Numbered from the whole stretch's first letter, positions 26,984-38,409 are shown. The stretch: 63,394 nt of DNA, filler included, from Octopus bimaculoides (GCF_001194135.2; 6 parts of 5 records of this genome joined end to end with filler, not necessarily neighbours in it), one strand, 5' to 3'. The notes: generated from the letters alone by a model not told the origin. A program made the numbers and translations.

Positions 26984-26992
26984 TGGCGACGA
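26984..26992 (+). promoter_or_regulatory. Primer-binding site, probably tRNA-Ser(GCU)
   Basis: TGGCGACGA directly after the LTR end; complementary to the 3' end (..UCGUCGCCA) of metazoan tRNA-Ser(GCU) as I recall it; only 9 nt match. Confidence 0.65.
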
Positions 26993-27009
26993 TACATTCG
27001 AAGCTCACT

Positions 27010-27447
27010 ATGGACGTTCTTAGCATGGAAGACCTGTTAGCTTCCGTGATACAGTTGCAACTACAACAAGAACAATAGAAACAGCAAAACCAACAGTTGT
27101 TGGAATTATTGTTGCAATACAAAAACACTTCAGGTTCGTTTTCGGCAGACGGGGCTGCTAATTCAATTGAAGAATTTACTTATAATCCAAAAGAAGGGAT
27201 TACGTTTTCTGCATACTTCAGAAGATATGAAGGAATCTTCAAAGAAAAATGTAGAAATTGAAAGGACGAAAAGAAAATACGATTTCTTTTAAGGAAATTA
27301 TCACTCGCAGAACATGAAAAGTATTGTAATTACATCATGCCGAGAAAACCATCCGAAATTTGTTTCGAGGAAACAGTTAACCTGTTATTTAAAATATTTA
27401 GTGAAAGAAGTTCACTATTTAATATTCGCAGGGAGTGCTTGAATTTG

Positions 27448-27483
<36 letters not shown>

Positions 27484-27900
27484 TACGGAAGATATGCCGG
27501 AATCGTAAACAGAGAATGTGAAAAATGTAAACTAAACGAATTAACCCCGGACATGTTCAAATGTCTAATCTTTGTACAAGGATTAACTGCAAGCAGAGAT
27601 GCCGAGATATTGACAAAACTAAAACAAGATTCGAAACTAACTCTACAGGCAGTGGCTGAAGAATGCCAAAGGATTATAAATTTACGACAGGACGCAGAAA
27701 AAAAATTGAAAAAGATTATTCAAATATACAAACGTGTCGACCTGTAACAGATAAGAAAAAACAACAGTCAAAACCCAAACCATGATATGGGTGTGGAGAA
27801 ATACATTTTAAAAGAAACTGTCTTTTTTAAAATCTAAAATGTTTTGGATGTGGAAAAATCCGACATAAGAATTCACATTGCTGGGTGAAACAAAAAAGGT
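27010..27900 (+). pseudogene. gag: Gypsy gag with degenerate zinc knuckles
   Basis: FSAYFRRYEGIF, SLFNIRRECLNL, FKCLIFVQGL..DAEILTKL; knuckle relics near 27780-27880; stops and a ~34-A run at 27448-27481. Confidence 0.85.
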
Positions 27901-27949
27901 CGAACGAAAAAATTCGAGAAAAAAGTATTGTCTACACAAATGCAAAGCT

Positions 27950-30900
27950 AGGCACAAGAAAGAGAATTTGTCTCCATAAAAATAAATAATGTGAATACGA
28001 GACTACAGTTGGACAGAGATAGTGATATCACGATAATTAACGATGATACATGGAGAAAAATAAGAAAGCCTACATTGAAAAAACTTTGAAAATTGCGCGA
28101 GGTATTTCAGGGAAACAATTGTGATTTTGGGGCGAAATGATAAGTGAGGTGACATTTCGTGGAAAAACTTTGAAAGCCAAAGTTTTTGTACTAAAAAATA
28201 CGACAAACCTGCTTGGCAAAGACTGGATGGAACTATTTAATTTATGGGACCTCCCCATAAATATTTTTTGTAATAATGTAAACAGTTCTTACGCCAGTTC
28301 AAATAAGGTGTCGGAGGATTTAAAAAATAAATTAAAAAAAGATTTTTCCTGATGTTTTTTTTCTGAATAATTAGGTAGGTGCACCAAGACAAAAGTAAAA
28401 TTTCGAGTGAAAGAAAGCGCTGTACCGGTATTTAAACCGAAGCGAGCTGTACTTTTCGTGGCGTGGAATCAAATCAACGAGGAATTGGATAGACTTGAAA
28501 AGCTTGGAGTTATAGAAAAGATTGATTATTCAGAATGGACATCACCAACTGTTTATGTCAAGAAAAAAAACAAAATACGAGTACACGCTGACTTTTCAAC
28601 AGGCTTGAACGAATGTTTGATAACATAGAATCACCCATTACCAAATCTGGAGGAATTTTTTGCGAAACTCAATGAAGGAAAATATTTTTCAAAGTTGGAC
28701 TTGTCAGAGGCGTATTTACAGTTACAAGTTGAAGAGGAATGTTCGAATTATTAACGATAAACATCCATAAAGGTTTATATAAATTCAATCGACTTCCTTT
28801 TAGTGGCACCTAGTATTTTCCAACAGGTGATGGACACTCTGCTTGCGGATACGGATTTCGCTATAGCTTACTAGGATGGCATACTCATAAAAAGTGAGTT
28901 TCGAGGCCAGCATGCGGAACATGTTAAAAAGGTCTTTGAATGAATAACGGAATGTGCATTTAAACTTAGCGAGGAAAAACACGAATGTTTCATGCCAGAG
29001 ATAAAGTATCTAGGGTAAGTTATCAATAAAAATGGTCGCAGGCCAGATCCTTCAAGATCGACTGCAACAAAAAATATGTATTACAATGTTACAAGCGTTC
29101 TCGGGGCTCGTAAACTATTACCAAACATATATACCGAATATGCATGAGCTAAGAGCACCCCCAAACAACTTATTGAAAAAATACATTAAATGCTATTGGT
29201 CGGACAGGTGCCAAAAAGCGTTCGAAGAAATTTTATAAGTTTTAACATCGGAACTGTCATTATCACACTTTGATCCAAATCTAAAGATAGTAATAGCATC
29301 AGATGCCAGTGAAAGTGGTATAGGAGCTGTAATTTTACACAGGTATGAAAATGATAGCCTAAAACCAATCGCTCATGCTTCAAATTCATTGTTGGAGGCT
29401 GAAAAAATTCCAACCAAATTGAGAAGGAAGTATTAGCCATTATTTTCACAAATTCATACATGGAAGGAAATTTAGTCTGCAGACAAATCACCGCCCATTG
29501 TTGTCTATTTACGGTTCGAAAAAGGGTATTCCCAACACATACAGGCAACCGATTGCAGCACTGGGGGACGATCCTACTAAATTATGACTTTAAGATGGAA
29601 TTTCTACCATCGAAAAAACTGGGACATGTGGATGGGCTGTCAAGATTGATACCTAAATACAATGAACCGTTAGAGGACACTGTAATAGCGGCATTAAAAG
29701 CTGAAATCGAAATAAAATATATACTCTGCAGCGTAGAACGTGAACTACCTGTCACTTTAGGGGAAATAAAAATTAAAGCAGAGAACGATGTGTTCATAAT
29801 TGAAATGAAAAAAATAGTGAAGTCAGAAACAAATACAAAAACTCATGTAGCCTAGCGTAACACAGTTTCAAAATGGTATTCGATATGCTATGACGTACTT
29901 ATGTACTCTCAGAGGGTAGTAATACCTGTCTCTTTTCAAAATTGAATGCTAAAAGAATTCCACATGGGACATCCAGGAATCGCGAGAATGAAAGCACTGA
30001 TGAGGAGCTACGTCTACTGGCCGAATATGAGTCAGGATTTTGAAAACTTGGTGGAAGCCTGCAGGGGTTTTGCTTTGGTAGCAAAAGCACCACCTATAAA
30101 AAAATCAGCCCTGGTCCAAGACTGACATACCTTGGTCCAAATTACACATAAACTTCGCAGGACCGTTAACTGGAGGGTATTATTTAATAGTTGTGGATAG
30201 TTACACGAAATGGTCAGAAATATGTAAATGTAGGAAGCCAACCTTCAAAGTAACAATGGAATTTCTGGATGAACTTTTTTTGCGCAATGTGGCATCCCAG
30301 ACACTATAGTGTCTGATAACGGAATACAGTTCATGTCGAAGGAATTTAAAAACTTTTGCTAAATGCATGCAATAGAGCATATTACCACTCGACCATGCCA
30401 TTCGAAATCGAATGGACTAGCGGAACGTTTTGTAGACACGTTTAAGAGGGCGCTGAACAAATCTAGGAATGAGCTACTATCTGATGCTGCATTGACGCAA
30501 TTCTTAAGTGTCTACCGAATAACACCTAGCCCCAATGCCGTTTCGGGTATGTCGCCGGTTGAACTAATGTTCGCCAGGAAAGTCAGGTCAGTGTTTGACA
30601 AATTACTACCGGGAAGAAAAGAAAAAATGGAGACAAACACCAAAAGTAAGATAAAATACTTCAAAATCGGTGACAAAGTTTTTTAAAGAATATACAGAAA
30701 TGGAAAGGAAAGTTGTGAAGAAGGTATAATAAGTAAACGTGTAGGAAAAATAACGTACATGGTAAAAGGCCATACGTGGGAACACAGAAGACATTTAAAA
30801 CAACTGAAAAAAACGGTTTACGAAAGAAAGAATAACACATGAAGAACCAATGGAATTTCTTTATGACATTTTTGACGTCCCGGTACCTCAAGGAATAGTT

Positions 30901-30950
30901 AAACCAACGAGTACATCGAGTAGGAAGAGAAAATAAACAGAAATTTTGTA
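27950..30950 (+). pseudogene. pol: Gypsy pol: protease, RT, RNase H, integrase (disrupted)
   Basis: PR LQLDRDSDITII; RT EELDRLEKLGVIE, FSKLDLSEAYLQ, IAY*DGILI; RH IASDASESGIGAV, HVDGLSRL; IN FHMGHPGIARMKALMRSYVYWP, IVSDNGIQF, SNGLAERFVDTFK; PR-RT-RH-IN order. Confidence 0.92.
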
Positions 30951-31054
30951 AGCAGAGTCAAAGCGAAAAAAAGTATTCCAATTTCTTCCCAGGGAATTAA
31001 GTAAAAAATGGGGGAGAGGTGGTAATAAATATATAATAAATAAAAGAAAAATAG

Positions 31055-31224
31055 TTATTTTTTATTGTCCACAGGGGGCCAAACATATAGGCGACAAACA
31101 AGGACAGACAAAGGGATTAAGATCTCAGTGCGTAACTGGTACTTATTTAATCGACCCTGAAAGGATGAAAGGCAAAGTTGGCAGCGGAATTTGAACTCAG
31201 AACGTAACGGCAGACGAAATACCG
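31055..31224 (-). mobile_element. SINE family A, 3' portion (B box and tail), split from its head by E2
   Basis: Minus strand reads 'cggtatttcgtctgccgttacgttctgagttcaaattcc...tgtctgtccttgtttgtcgcc...acaataaaaaaataa'. Confidence 0.85.
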
Positions 31225-32693
31225 ATTTCTTTATTACCCATAAAGGGCTATACAAAGAATTTTTAAGACATCACATAACATAAAGACAGTACAAAACGCA
31301 AACATAAAATCGGGGTAATTAAAATAAAATGATAATATGCATGAATGAAAAAAATGAGGCGCAATGTCCACTCGATCCCCGAAGTCGGGTGGTTACATTT
31401 ATCCAGTTTTTCACTTTTACGTTCAACATCATGTAAACATTTTAACGGTTTTGCAACTCAAAAAATTGAAATACTCGCGTTATTTTTCTTCCATTAATCA
31501 CTGTTACTTCCGTCTTTATCAACTACAAATAATCAGTTCTAGTGGGTGGTGTCTCCACCAACCATACCCTTATCGTTGTTATATTTTCACCAAGTTCTTT
31601 TATGTACTCCCAGTAGTTTTCCTCGTGTATCAAAATGCATTTCTCAGGCATCTTCTCTCTTGTTATTTCCTCCAACCTTTTTTCTCCATCTGCTCGCAAT
31701 TCTCGTACTTTATCAAAACCCACTTGTATTTTACATCTTTCTCAGTTCTCTCCTCCTCTTCTTGTACATTATTAGTTTCTGGCTTTTCTATCTCTTTTAT
31801 GTTTTCCGTTGACTTATTTTTCCTTCGCTTTTTAGGGTTAGTAGCTCCATTTTCGTTCTTCTCCTTTGTTTTCTCTGTTTCACACTTCTGTCTCTCTTTC
31901 ATTTCCTCAGTGTGGTCTACAATGTTTTCTTCCTCTGCTTGTGCTTTCTCTTGCTGTGGCTGTGTGAACTCATATAGGGGGCATTTGGTCTTCATATGAC
32001 CTCTTTCCCCGCATATGTAGCAATTTGGTTTCCTTCCCTCGACTACAGCATTTAACNNNNNNNNNNNNNNNNNNNNNNNNNNNNNNNNNNNNNNNNNNNN
32101 NNNNNNNNNNNNNNNNNNNNNNNTGGGAATACGTACTTTCACACTTCTTCTTCCTCTATAACTTGGTAGCAATGCTATTTTTGCACTTTTTAAAATGTTG
32201 GTCGCATGCTTGGTTGCCTCTTCTATAGTGGCAAACCTCACCTCAACCGTACCGGACTTTCTTCCTCTGTTGATGTACGTAGCTTCATTGACAATTTCAC
32301 CCAGGCACTCCTCGATTTCCTCTTCCGTCACCATTTCAATTTTACAGGTTTCGACAGCCTGTGTACGATACACTACTGTCATCAGCGTTTTGTTTTCTTT
32401 AGTCACTTTTGGGGGACACAATTTGTACGAGTCTCCCTCAACTTCTATCAAATTCCTGCTTCTGGTCACATCCTCCATATCCAACTTGATTAACTTGGCT
32501 TCTAGCGGCACTGGCTTCTTCACCGCAGTGGCCTTGGCGAAGCTCTCCATACTGGAGACACTACTAAATGCCATAACTGGGAAAAAATGCACGTGAAACG
32601 TAACCGTAATAATTCCACAAAAATCACAATTATTCACCGAGACAGTTTTCACAAAGTAACACAACAGTATTCACAATAATTCACAGAGCCGTT
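31225..32693 (-). mobile_element. E2: ORF1-only element inserted into a SINE
   Basis: 6-bp TSD ataccg at 31219-31224 and 32694-32699; 3' end 'gtatagcccttatgggtaataaagaaat'; ORF homologous to E1. Confidence 0.85.
31523..32574 (-). pseudogene. ORF1-like protein of E2 (contains an N gap; C-terminal frameshift)
   Basis: RGRKSGTVEVRFATIEEA, LLPSYRGRRSVKVRIP, VVEGRKPNCYICGERGHMKTKCP. Confidence 0.8.
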
Positions 32694-32738
32694 ATACCGC
32701 GAAGCAGTTCGACCGGCGTGCTAACGATTCTGCCAGCT
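32694..32738 (-). mobile_element. SINE family A head (A-box part) of the split SINE
   Basis: Minus strand 'agctggcagaatcgttagcacgccggtcgaactgcttcgcggtat' matches the head of 54587-54640. Confidence 0.85.
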
Positions 32739-32739
32739 T

Positions 32740-32751
32740 AAAGAGGGGAGA
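32740..32751 (+). promoter_or_regulatory. Polypurine tract preceding the 3' LTR
   Basis: aaagaggggaga immediately before TGTTGTGAAATCC. Confidence 0.75.
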
Positions 32752-33055
32752 TGTTGTGAAATCCTGACACCCCTGTGGGATAGCAAGTGATCTGTTCTAA
32801 ACCTTATGAAGGCGCATGCATACTGATAGTGTTAGGTACAGCATGGTGTGTTAATCCTTGTGGTTCGTGTTAGTAGCAATTTTTGGTGGAAGTGCGTTCG
32901 GCTGTTTTTTGTAAATTTTTTTTTTTTGTGTTACGGATAGTTATCCTTTGTTGAAGGTTTTTTTCCCCTAGCGGGGTGCCTGTTGATTGTTTTGAATTTT
33001 AAGACTGTTTGCTGTTGTTTTGTGGTTGTTCTCTCCTAGTGGGGAAAAAGTTACA

Positions 33056-35118
33056 ATGGAGATAAAGCAAGTGCGTGCTGGCAACTACGCAGCAGTAGCG
33101 AAACGCAAAAGTATTGCGGAGGCTGTAAGAAAGTTGGAAGTAATGGAAGTGGCTGTGAACTTGGAGGCAGTGGAGAACAGCCGGAATTTATTTAGGAGAG
33201 AGGGTGCAAAGTTAAAATTGACGCTACCAACGGAGGTGACAACAAACAAGGAACTGACAACAGTGATGAATAGAACTCTGTCACTGCTAACTAGGAAGAC
33301 AGAAACGGCGAGAGAAGTTGAAGAATGCCTGAATAAGGTGAGCAATAAAGTCGAATTTTTCTATAGAGGCAGGAAACTTAGAACGGTGGAGGTGCGCTTC
33401 TCGACCGACAGTGGAGGAAGCAGTAATGCACTCCACGGAAACCTTGAAGTCGGAGAAGTGGCCACTACAGCCAACTTATCTTGGGAAGAGAGTAACAAGA
33501 ATAAGAATTGACAAGGTGCCCCCGGAAATTAAAGAAATGTGGTTGCTGGCAACCATTATGATGGATACGGAAGATGACCCGCAGGTTCTACAAGTGAGCC
33601 GCACAGAACAATTAAATTGATTTGATGGGGTTATGGTCTTGAGATCATAATCCAGGCCACCATTAGAGACCTTCAAATGATAACAGAGGAGGTTGAGCTC
33701 CCGAAGGATATGAGACTGCGGGTTGTAGTGGAGGGAAGGCCCCCCCCCACGTGTTACCACTGCGGGGAGAAGGGGCACATTAAGGTGAGCCGTCCCCTTC
33801 TCAAAAAACAAACACCAACAGAAGTGAGAAAAGAAGAAATCAGTAGCAGCGAGAAACCGGAGGAAGACACAGAGGGACTAAGTATAAATGAAGTGCATGA
33901 AATACAAAACAGAAAGAGGAAAGAAACAAAGAACTCCTCGCCCCCGAAGAACTCTAAGAAAAAGAAAAGGAAAGAACACAGTGATACACAAACGCCCACA
34001 CCACAACTAACAAATACAATGACACTAAACAGCCCTGAATCCCCAACCAAACGCACACATACATGTACATATAGCACAGTAACCCCAATAACAGAACACT
34101 GACAAGAAATCGCAAGCACTTCATGTACACGGAAAAACTAAAACTGAGACAGTACAGATACACCAACCGATTACACACAGATAAGACACACAAGAAAAAC
34201 AATATAAAATATCAAAAGGATTTATAACATACTATTGGATAAATCCAGCGATTGAAGAAAAAATTAACAAAATGAAGACAGTGTAAAAATTAACACTTCC
34301 TTCTCCAAGCCTAGATTCGAAACTGAATCTAAGAATTCTCGGTTGTCCAAACCACCACGATCAACAGGCGCGAAAACAGGTTTTCTTTGTCCTGTCAAAT
34401 AGTGATTGATCATCTCCCTTTGACCTACGACCTCAGCCATGTCAGGCGAAGTTCAAATGGACAGGAGCTGACTTATTTAGGTTCAAACTCTGCTGCAGTG
34501 TGTCTGTCCTTCTAGCTGCCAATATTATTATAAATACCGGTGGTCAAGAGACAAAGGAGAGGAAGGCCCTAGCAGCCAAGCGAGGAGAAAGGTCTACGAC
34601 TACAACTTTTCGCAGAGACCAGAGCAATGTTCAAAGTTCCACGGTAGACTACTGTATCAGATGAACTACGTACACACACACACAAACATATATTCGTTGC
34701 TGACATATCATTTCCACAGATGTACCCTGTTTCTATTTCTAGCAATTCGTAGCAGTTGTCAACATTTTGCATGTAGTGAAGAATTATGTGTACCAATGAC
34801 AAATTAAGTCCAGTGAATAAATTATTTTTAATTATGAATCGATTCACGCATTTGTTTACTTCAAGGGCATACACATTCCTTTTGCATCTGTTTACCACAC
34901 ATCTAACCACTACAACAGTTGTCAGAGTTAGAGAAGAGGAGACAGTACAAGTTCCAGGTAGTAAATGTATGATTATTGATAGAAAGTGTTACAAAAAGTT
35001 GAGGGCAAGCTTCGGTGAGGCAATAGACCCATTGGGAGCAGAAATACACTATTTTGGACCTTTGCCACCTGTGGTGAACTTTAAAAAATTAAATCTACTG
35101 TATACTGAACGGAAATGA
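33056..35118 (+). pseudogene. ORF1-like protein of E3 (frameshifts; split at 34282-34914)
   Basis: GRKLRTVEVRF, LQPTYLGKRVTRIRIDKVPPEI, VVEGRPPPTCYHCGEKGHIK; removing the solo LTR restores ...KINKMKT|VVRVREEE...FGEAIDPLG...GPLPP. Confidence 0.8.
34282..34914 (+). mobile_element. Solo LTR of an unrelated LTR element (633 bp)
   Basis: TGTAAAAA...CCACTACA termini, 4-bp TSD acag (34278-34281 / 34915-34918), TATA-like 'tataaata' near 34529. Confidence 0.8.
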
Positions 35119-35318
35119 TTTAATCATAAGCTTGATACAAAATAGATTTAAATGGCACTGCTCGGAATTGGGGTTGAGTAGTAGCCATCACATCTTCATT
35201 GTATAATTATCATATCATTCATTCGTCTATGTTGTTTGTCCCCACATGTGCTGTCTTGTCTGTCCTTGTTCGTCCACCCTATGTACGCTTGAATAAGCAA
35301 ATAAAGAAACCAGTGTGT

Positions 35319-37056
35319 TAATCCTTGTGATTCTGGTTTAAATGGTTGTGATTCCGTAAAATCAAGTGATGTTATTGTATATTGTTGAAGGTCTCCCCTC
35401 GTGGGTGTACCTACGATTGTTGATTGTTGAAAATTACTGTTACTGTTGTTTGCATACGAACTTGTTAAATTATGATTGTTTTCTTCCCATTTATTGGAGA
35501 TATGGAACAAGTACCAGCAAAAAACCACAGTTATGCAACAGCAACTGGTAGAGGAGTGGACACTGACGCTTTGGAGGTTCGTGAGGTGAAGGTGGAACCG
35601 AAGAAGTTGAAAGAGTGTAAGAAATTGTTGAAAAGAGAAGGTAATACTTCGAAATTAACGCCATCAGAAAATCTAATGAATAGTGTGACGAAAAGAACTG
35701 TAATATATAAAACACTGAAGGTGTTATCTAGAAAAATCGAAATTGCAACCATCGAAGCTATCGAAGAATGTTTAAAAGAGATTAAGAAGTTCACCACTGT
35801 TATCACAAGAGGAAGGAAGTATGGCACAGTGGAGGTGCGATTCGAAACGGAAGTAGAAGCGATGAAACACTCTACTGTAGCCATAAAGACGGAAGAATCG
35901 GTATTTTTGCCAACGTACTGTGGCAAGCGTGTTGCCAGGGTGAGAGGAAAAGTACCCCCAGAAATAAATGAAACATGGTTGGTAGCAGCGATAATGTTTA
36001 ACTTGGAGGAAGACGCAAAAATACTTAAAGTGACGAGATTCAAAAGGTTAAATTGTATGGCATAGAGATGGCCATACAAGCAAGTTTAAGTGACTTAACA
36101 AAATTGCAGGAGGCTCAGAGTGGTAGTGGAGGACAGGCCTCCCATATGCTATCTATGTGGGGAGTATGACCACATAAAGGCAAGGTGTCCCCAGAGAGAG
36201 GAAGAACAACAGATGGAATAGTCTGAAGAACAAGAGAATGAAGACGAAGTGGTACAAAAGGGTGTGACGGGGACGATAGTAACAGAAGAGGCGTTCACAG
36301 TGGTAAATAAGCGAAAAAGAAAAGAACGAGTAGGCTCTCCGCCGTAGAGGCAGAAAAAGAAGGTTGAGAAGGAGGTTACAGAAACGAGTATACTAGCTAC
36401 ACCAGCAGAAGATGAAGAGGAGGAGGAGTTGGGTAGTGGAGAGAGACAATAGAATGAAAATGAATCATCGACATTAACAAAAATGGAGGGAGAAATAGAC
36501 AGTGTGGGGGTGCCAAAGGTGGAGGAAAATAAACAAACAGGTGAGAAAACCGAAGAAACACAAGAACACGGTGATTGAAAAAAGATAACAAAGTTCAAAT
36601 CCATAATAAGAGTTAGGTTACCAACAGAGATTTTCACTGAAAATGTGAAAGCAATTGTTATAGATAAAGAAATGTATAATAAGTTAAAGGAAATATTTAA
36701 AAGCAAGATTGATTCACCTGGAGTAGAGGTTGAATTTGGTGAACTGCCACCTGTGGTGGAATATAGAGAATTGGAACCATATATGAACTATTAAAAAAAA
36801 AAGAGTAAGTAAAATTTCTTTAAAAAAAACGATGCTAATGAAAAAAATAACAAAAGGAAAAAAAGATTAGAAACTGTTTGTAAAAACGTTCAAATGGTAC
36901 TGCATGAGAGTGGGGCTCATGCAGCCTTTTCATCTTCATTTATTATATAACATTTTTTCTCATTTTGATTCGTTTTGTGTTTTTTGTCCCACTGTGGTGT
37001 TATGTTTGTCCTTGTGCTGTCCCCTCTGTGTAAAAGCCTGAGTGCTTAAAGAATTA
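35319..37056 (+). mobile_element. E4: ORF1-only element, close sister of E1, in the 3' LTR
   Basis: Roughly 85-90% identical to E1 by eye; same 3' junction (gaatta|gtacagtgtggtgtgt). Confidence 0.85.
35502..36794 (+). pseudogene. ORF1-like protein of E4 (disrupted)
   Basis: MEQVPAKNHSYATATG...GTVEVRF...LNCMA* (same break as E1); knuckle CYLCGEYDHIKARCP; ends ELEPYMNY*. Confidence 0.85.
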
Positions 37057-37699
37057 GTACAGTGTGGTGTGTGCAGTCGCATTTGTGAAGGCAGTTGTAG
37101 AAGTCGTTGAGAAGAGATACAAGTTTGTTACGTGTTTGTTACTGATTTAGTTTCTGTAGTATTATAACACTGTTACAGTATAGTCTATATCCAAACTCAA
37201 GGATGTAAGACAATTATTATTCAATATGAACATTTTATTCAAAGTGTTCAATATTGGTAACAGAAATATTGAAGACTGATAGATATTCTCATTTCCCTTT
37301 GGAAATGCTGAAATCTTTATTTTTATTTAATACTATCATATTTTTTGAACCTCAAATTATACTATGTAAATGCATATATTCTCTGTACAAGTTTCCATCA
37401 CATATCAATATCAAATGGTTTACTTGATGTAAGAAGATGTAAGGATATGACTCATACTGATAAAAGAAATATGTGAGATATGTCAATGAAAGGTCCCCTA
37501 TGGCTCAAGCAGCCTACTTAGAAATAATGGCTAAATTTTTTCTCAAATCACATCTACTGCTTTATAAAAGCAAGTACATATAAGATGATGTTATCATATC
37601 ATTCACACACAGCAGTATGTGAATAATATTCTTAAGGTCAACTAATATTCACTCACGACCAATTTGATGCTCTACCATTAATTAAGTTTTAGCTCAAAC

Positions 37700-38350
37700 T
37701 TAATTCGATATTTTGCACTATGATGAACCAGTGGTAAGCCACAATTTGACATAAAGTAATCGAAATTTGGTTCAGTAGAGAAAAAGTTATGATAAAAAAT
37801 GTAGGGCCAAAAATGGGAGAGTAATGCCTGATGTTTACTTTGACTAGTAATTTCTCAATTATTTGAAAAGCAAACTATACTTTAATTATATCTTTTTAAA
37901 AGAACTCAGTGAGTATATTCTTTTGGTGAAAACCTCTTTAAAAGATATTAGAAAAAAGTTATGCAGCTTTAAGTGATTAAAAAAGTAATAATTCGTTATT
38001 TCCAACTTTTACTCACTTGCGGCCAATTTAACACTTTACAATTAATTCAGTTTTACCTCAATCTTAATTCAGTTTTTTTGCACTATGATGGAACAGTGGT
38101 AAGCTACATCTCGACATAAAACAATCGAAATTTGGTTTGGTAGAAAAAAGTTATAAAAAATGTAGGGCCAAAAATGTAAGAGTAATGCCTAATATTTACT
38201 TTGACTCATAATTTCTAAGTTATTTATATGGTAAACTATACTTTAATTATAACTATTTAAAATAACCTCAATGAGTAGAATTTTTGGTGAAGACCTCGTT
38301 AAAAGATATTTGATAGAAAAATGTTATGCAGCATTAAGTAACCAAAAAAA
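37700..38350. repeat. Tandem duplication of a ~366-bp AT-rich unit (about 80% identity); related fragment at 40320-40400
   Basis: 'ttttgcactatgatg..cagtggtaag...tgtagggccaaaaatg...aaactatactttaattat' at ~37711 and ~38077. Confidence 0.8.
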
Positions 38351-38409
38351 AAAAATTGATGCAAAAAAAGTGTGAGGCCACATTAGAGTCTTCATTAAGA
38401 AGCAGCCAT

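Larger units (their letters stand above)
32852..35310 (+). mobile_element. E3: divergent ORF1-only element, interrupted by a solo LTR
   Basis: Starts taatccttgtg like E4; 3' UTR 35119-35310 homologous to E1/E4, ending 'tgtctgtccttgttcgtcc...aataaagaaac'. Confidence 0.8.
24982..37212 (+). mobile_element. Ty3/Gypsy LTR retrotransposon (decayed provirus) with nested insertions
   Basis: TG-starting LTR heads at 24982 and 32752, shared LTR tails ending ~26982 and 37212 (..gaca), PBS, gag-pol and PPT in canonical order. No clean TSD found (tttgc versus attat). Confidence 0.75.
32752..37212 (+). repeat. 3' LTR (core 32752-32851 plus 37057-37212) containing E3 and E4 in tandem
   Basis: Homologous to the 5' LTR head and tail; ends ...ctcaaggatgtaagaca. 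Confidence 0.7.

Noticed and set aside
27448-27481. Poly-Lys tract in gag
   Set aside because: A homopolymer A run in an already disrupted gene; slippage or assembly error.
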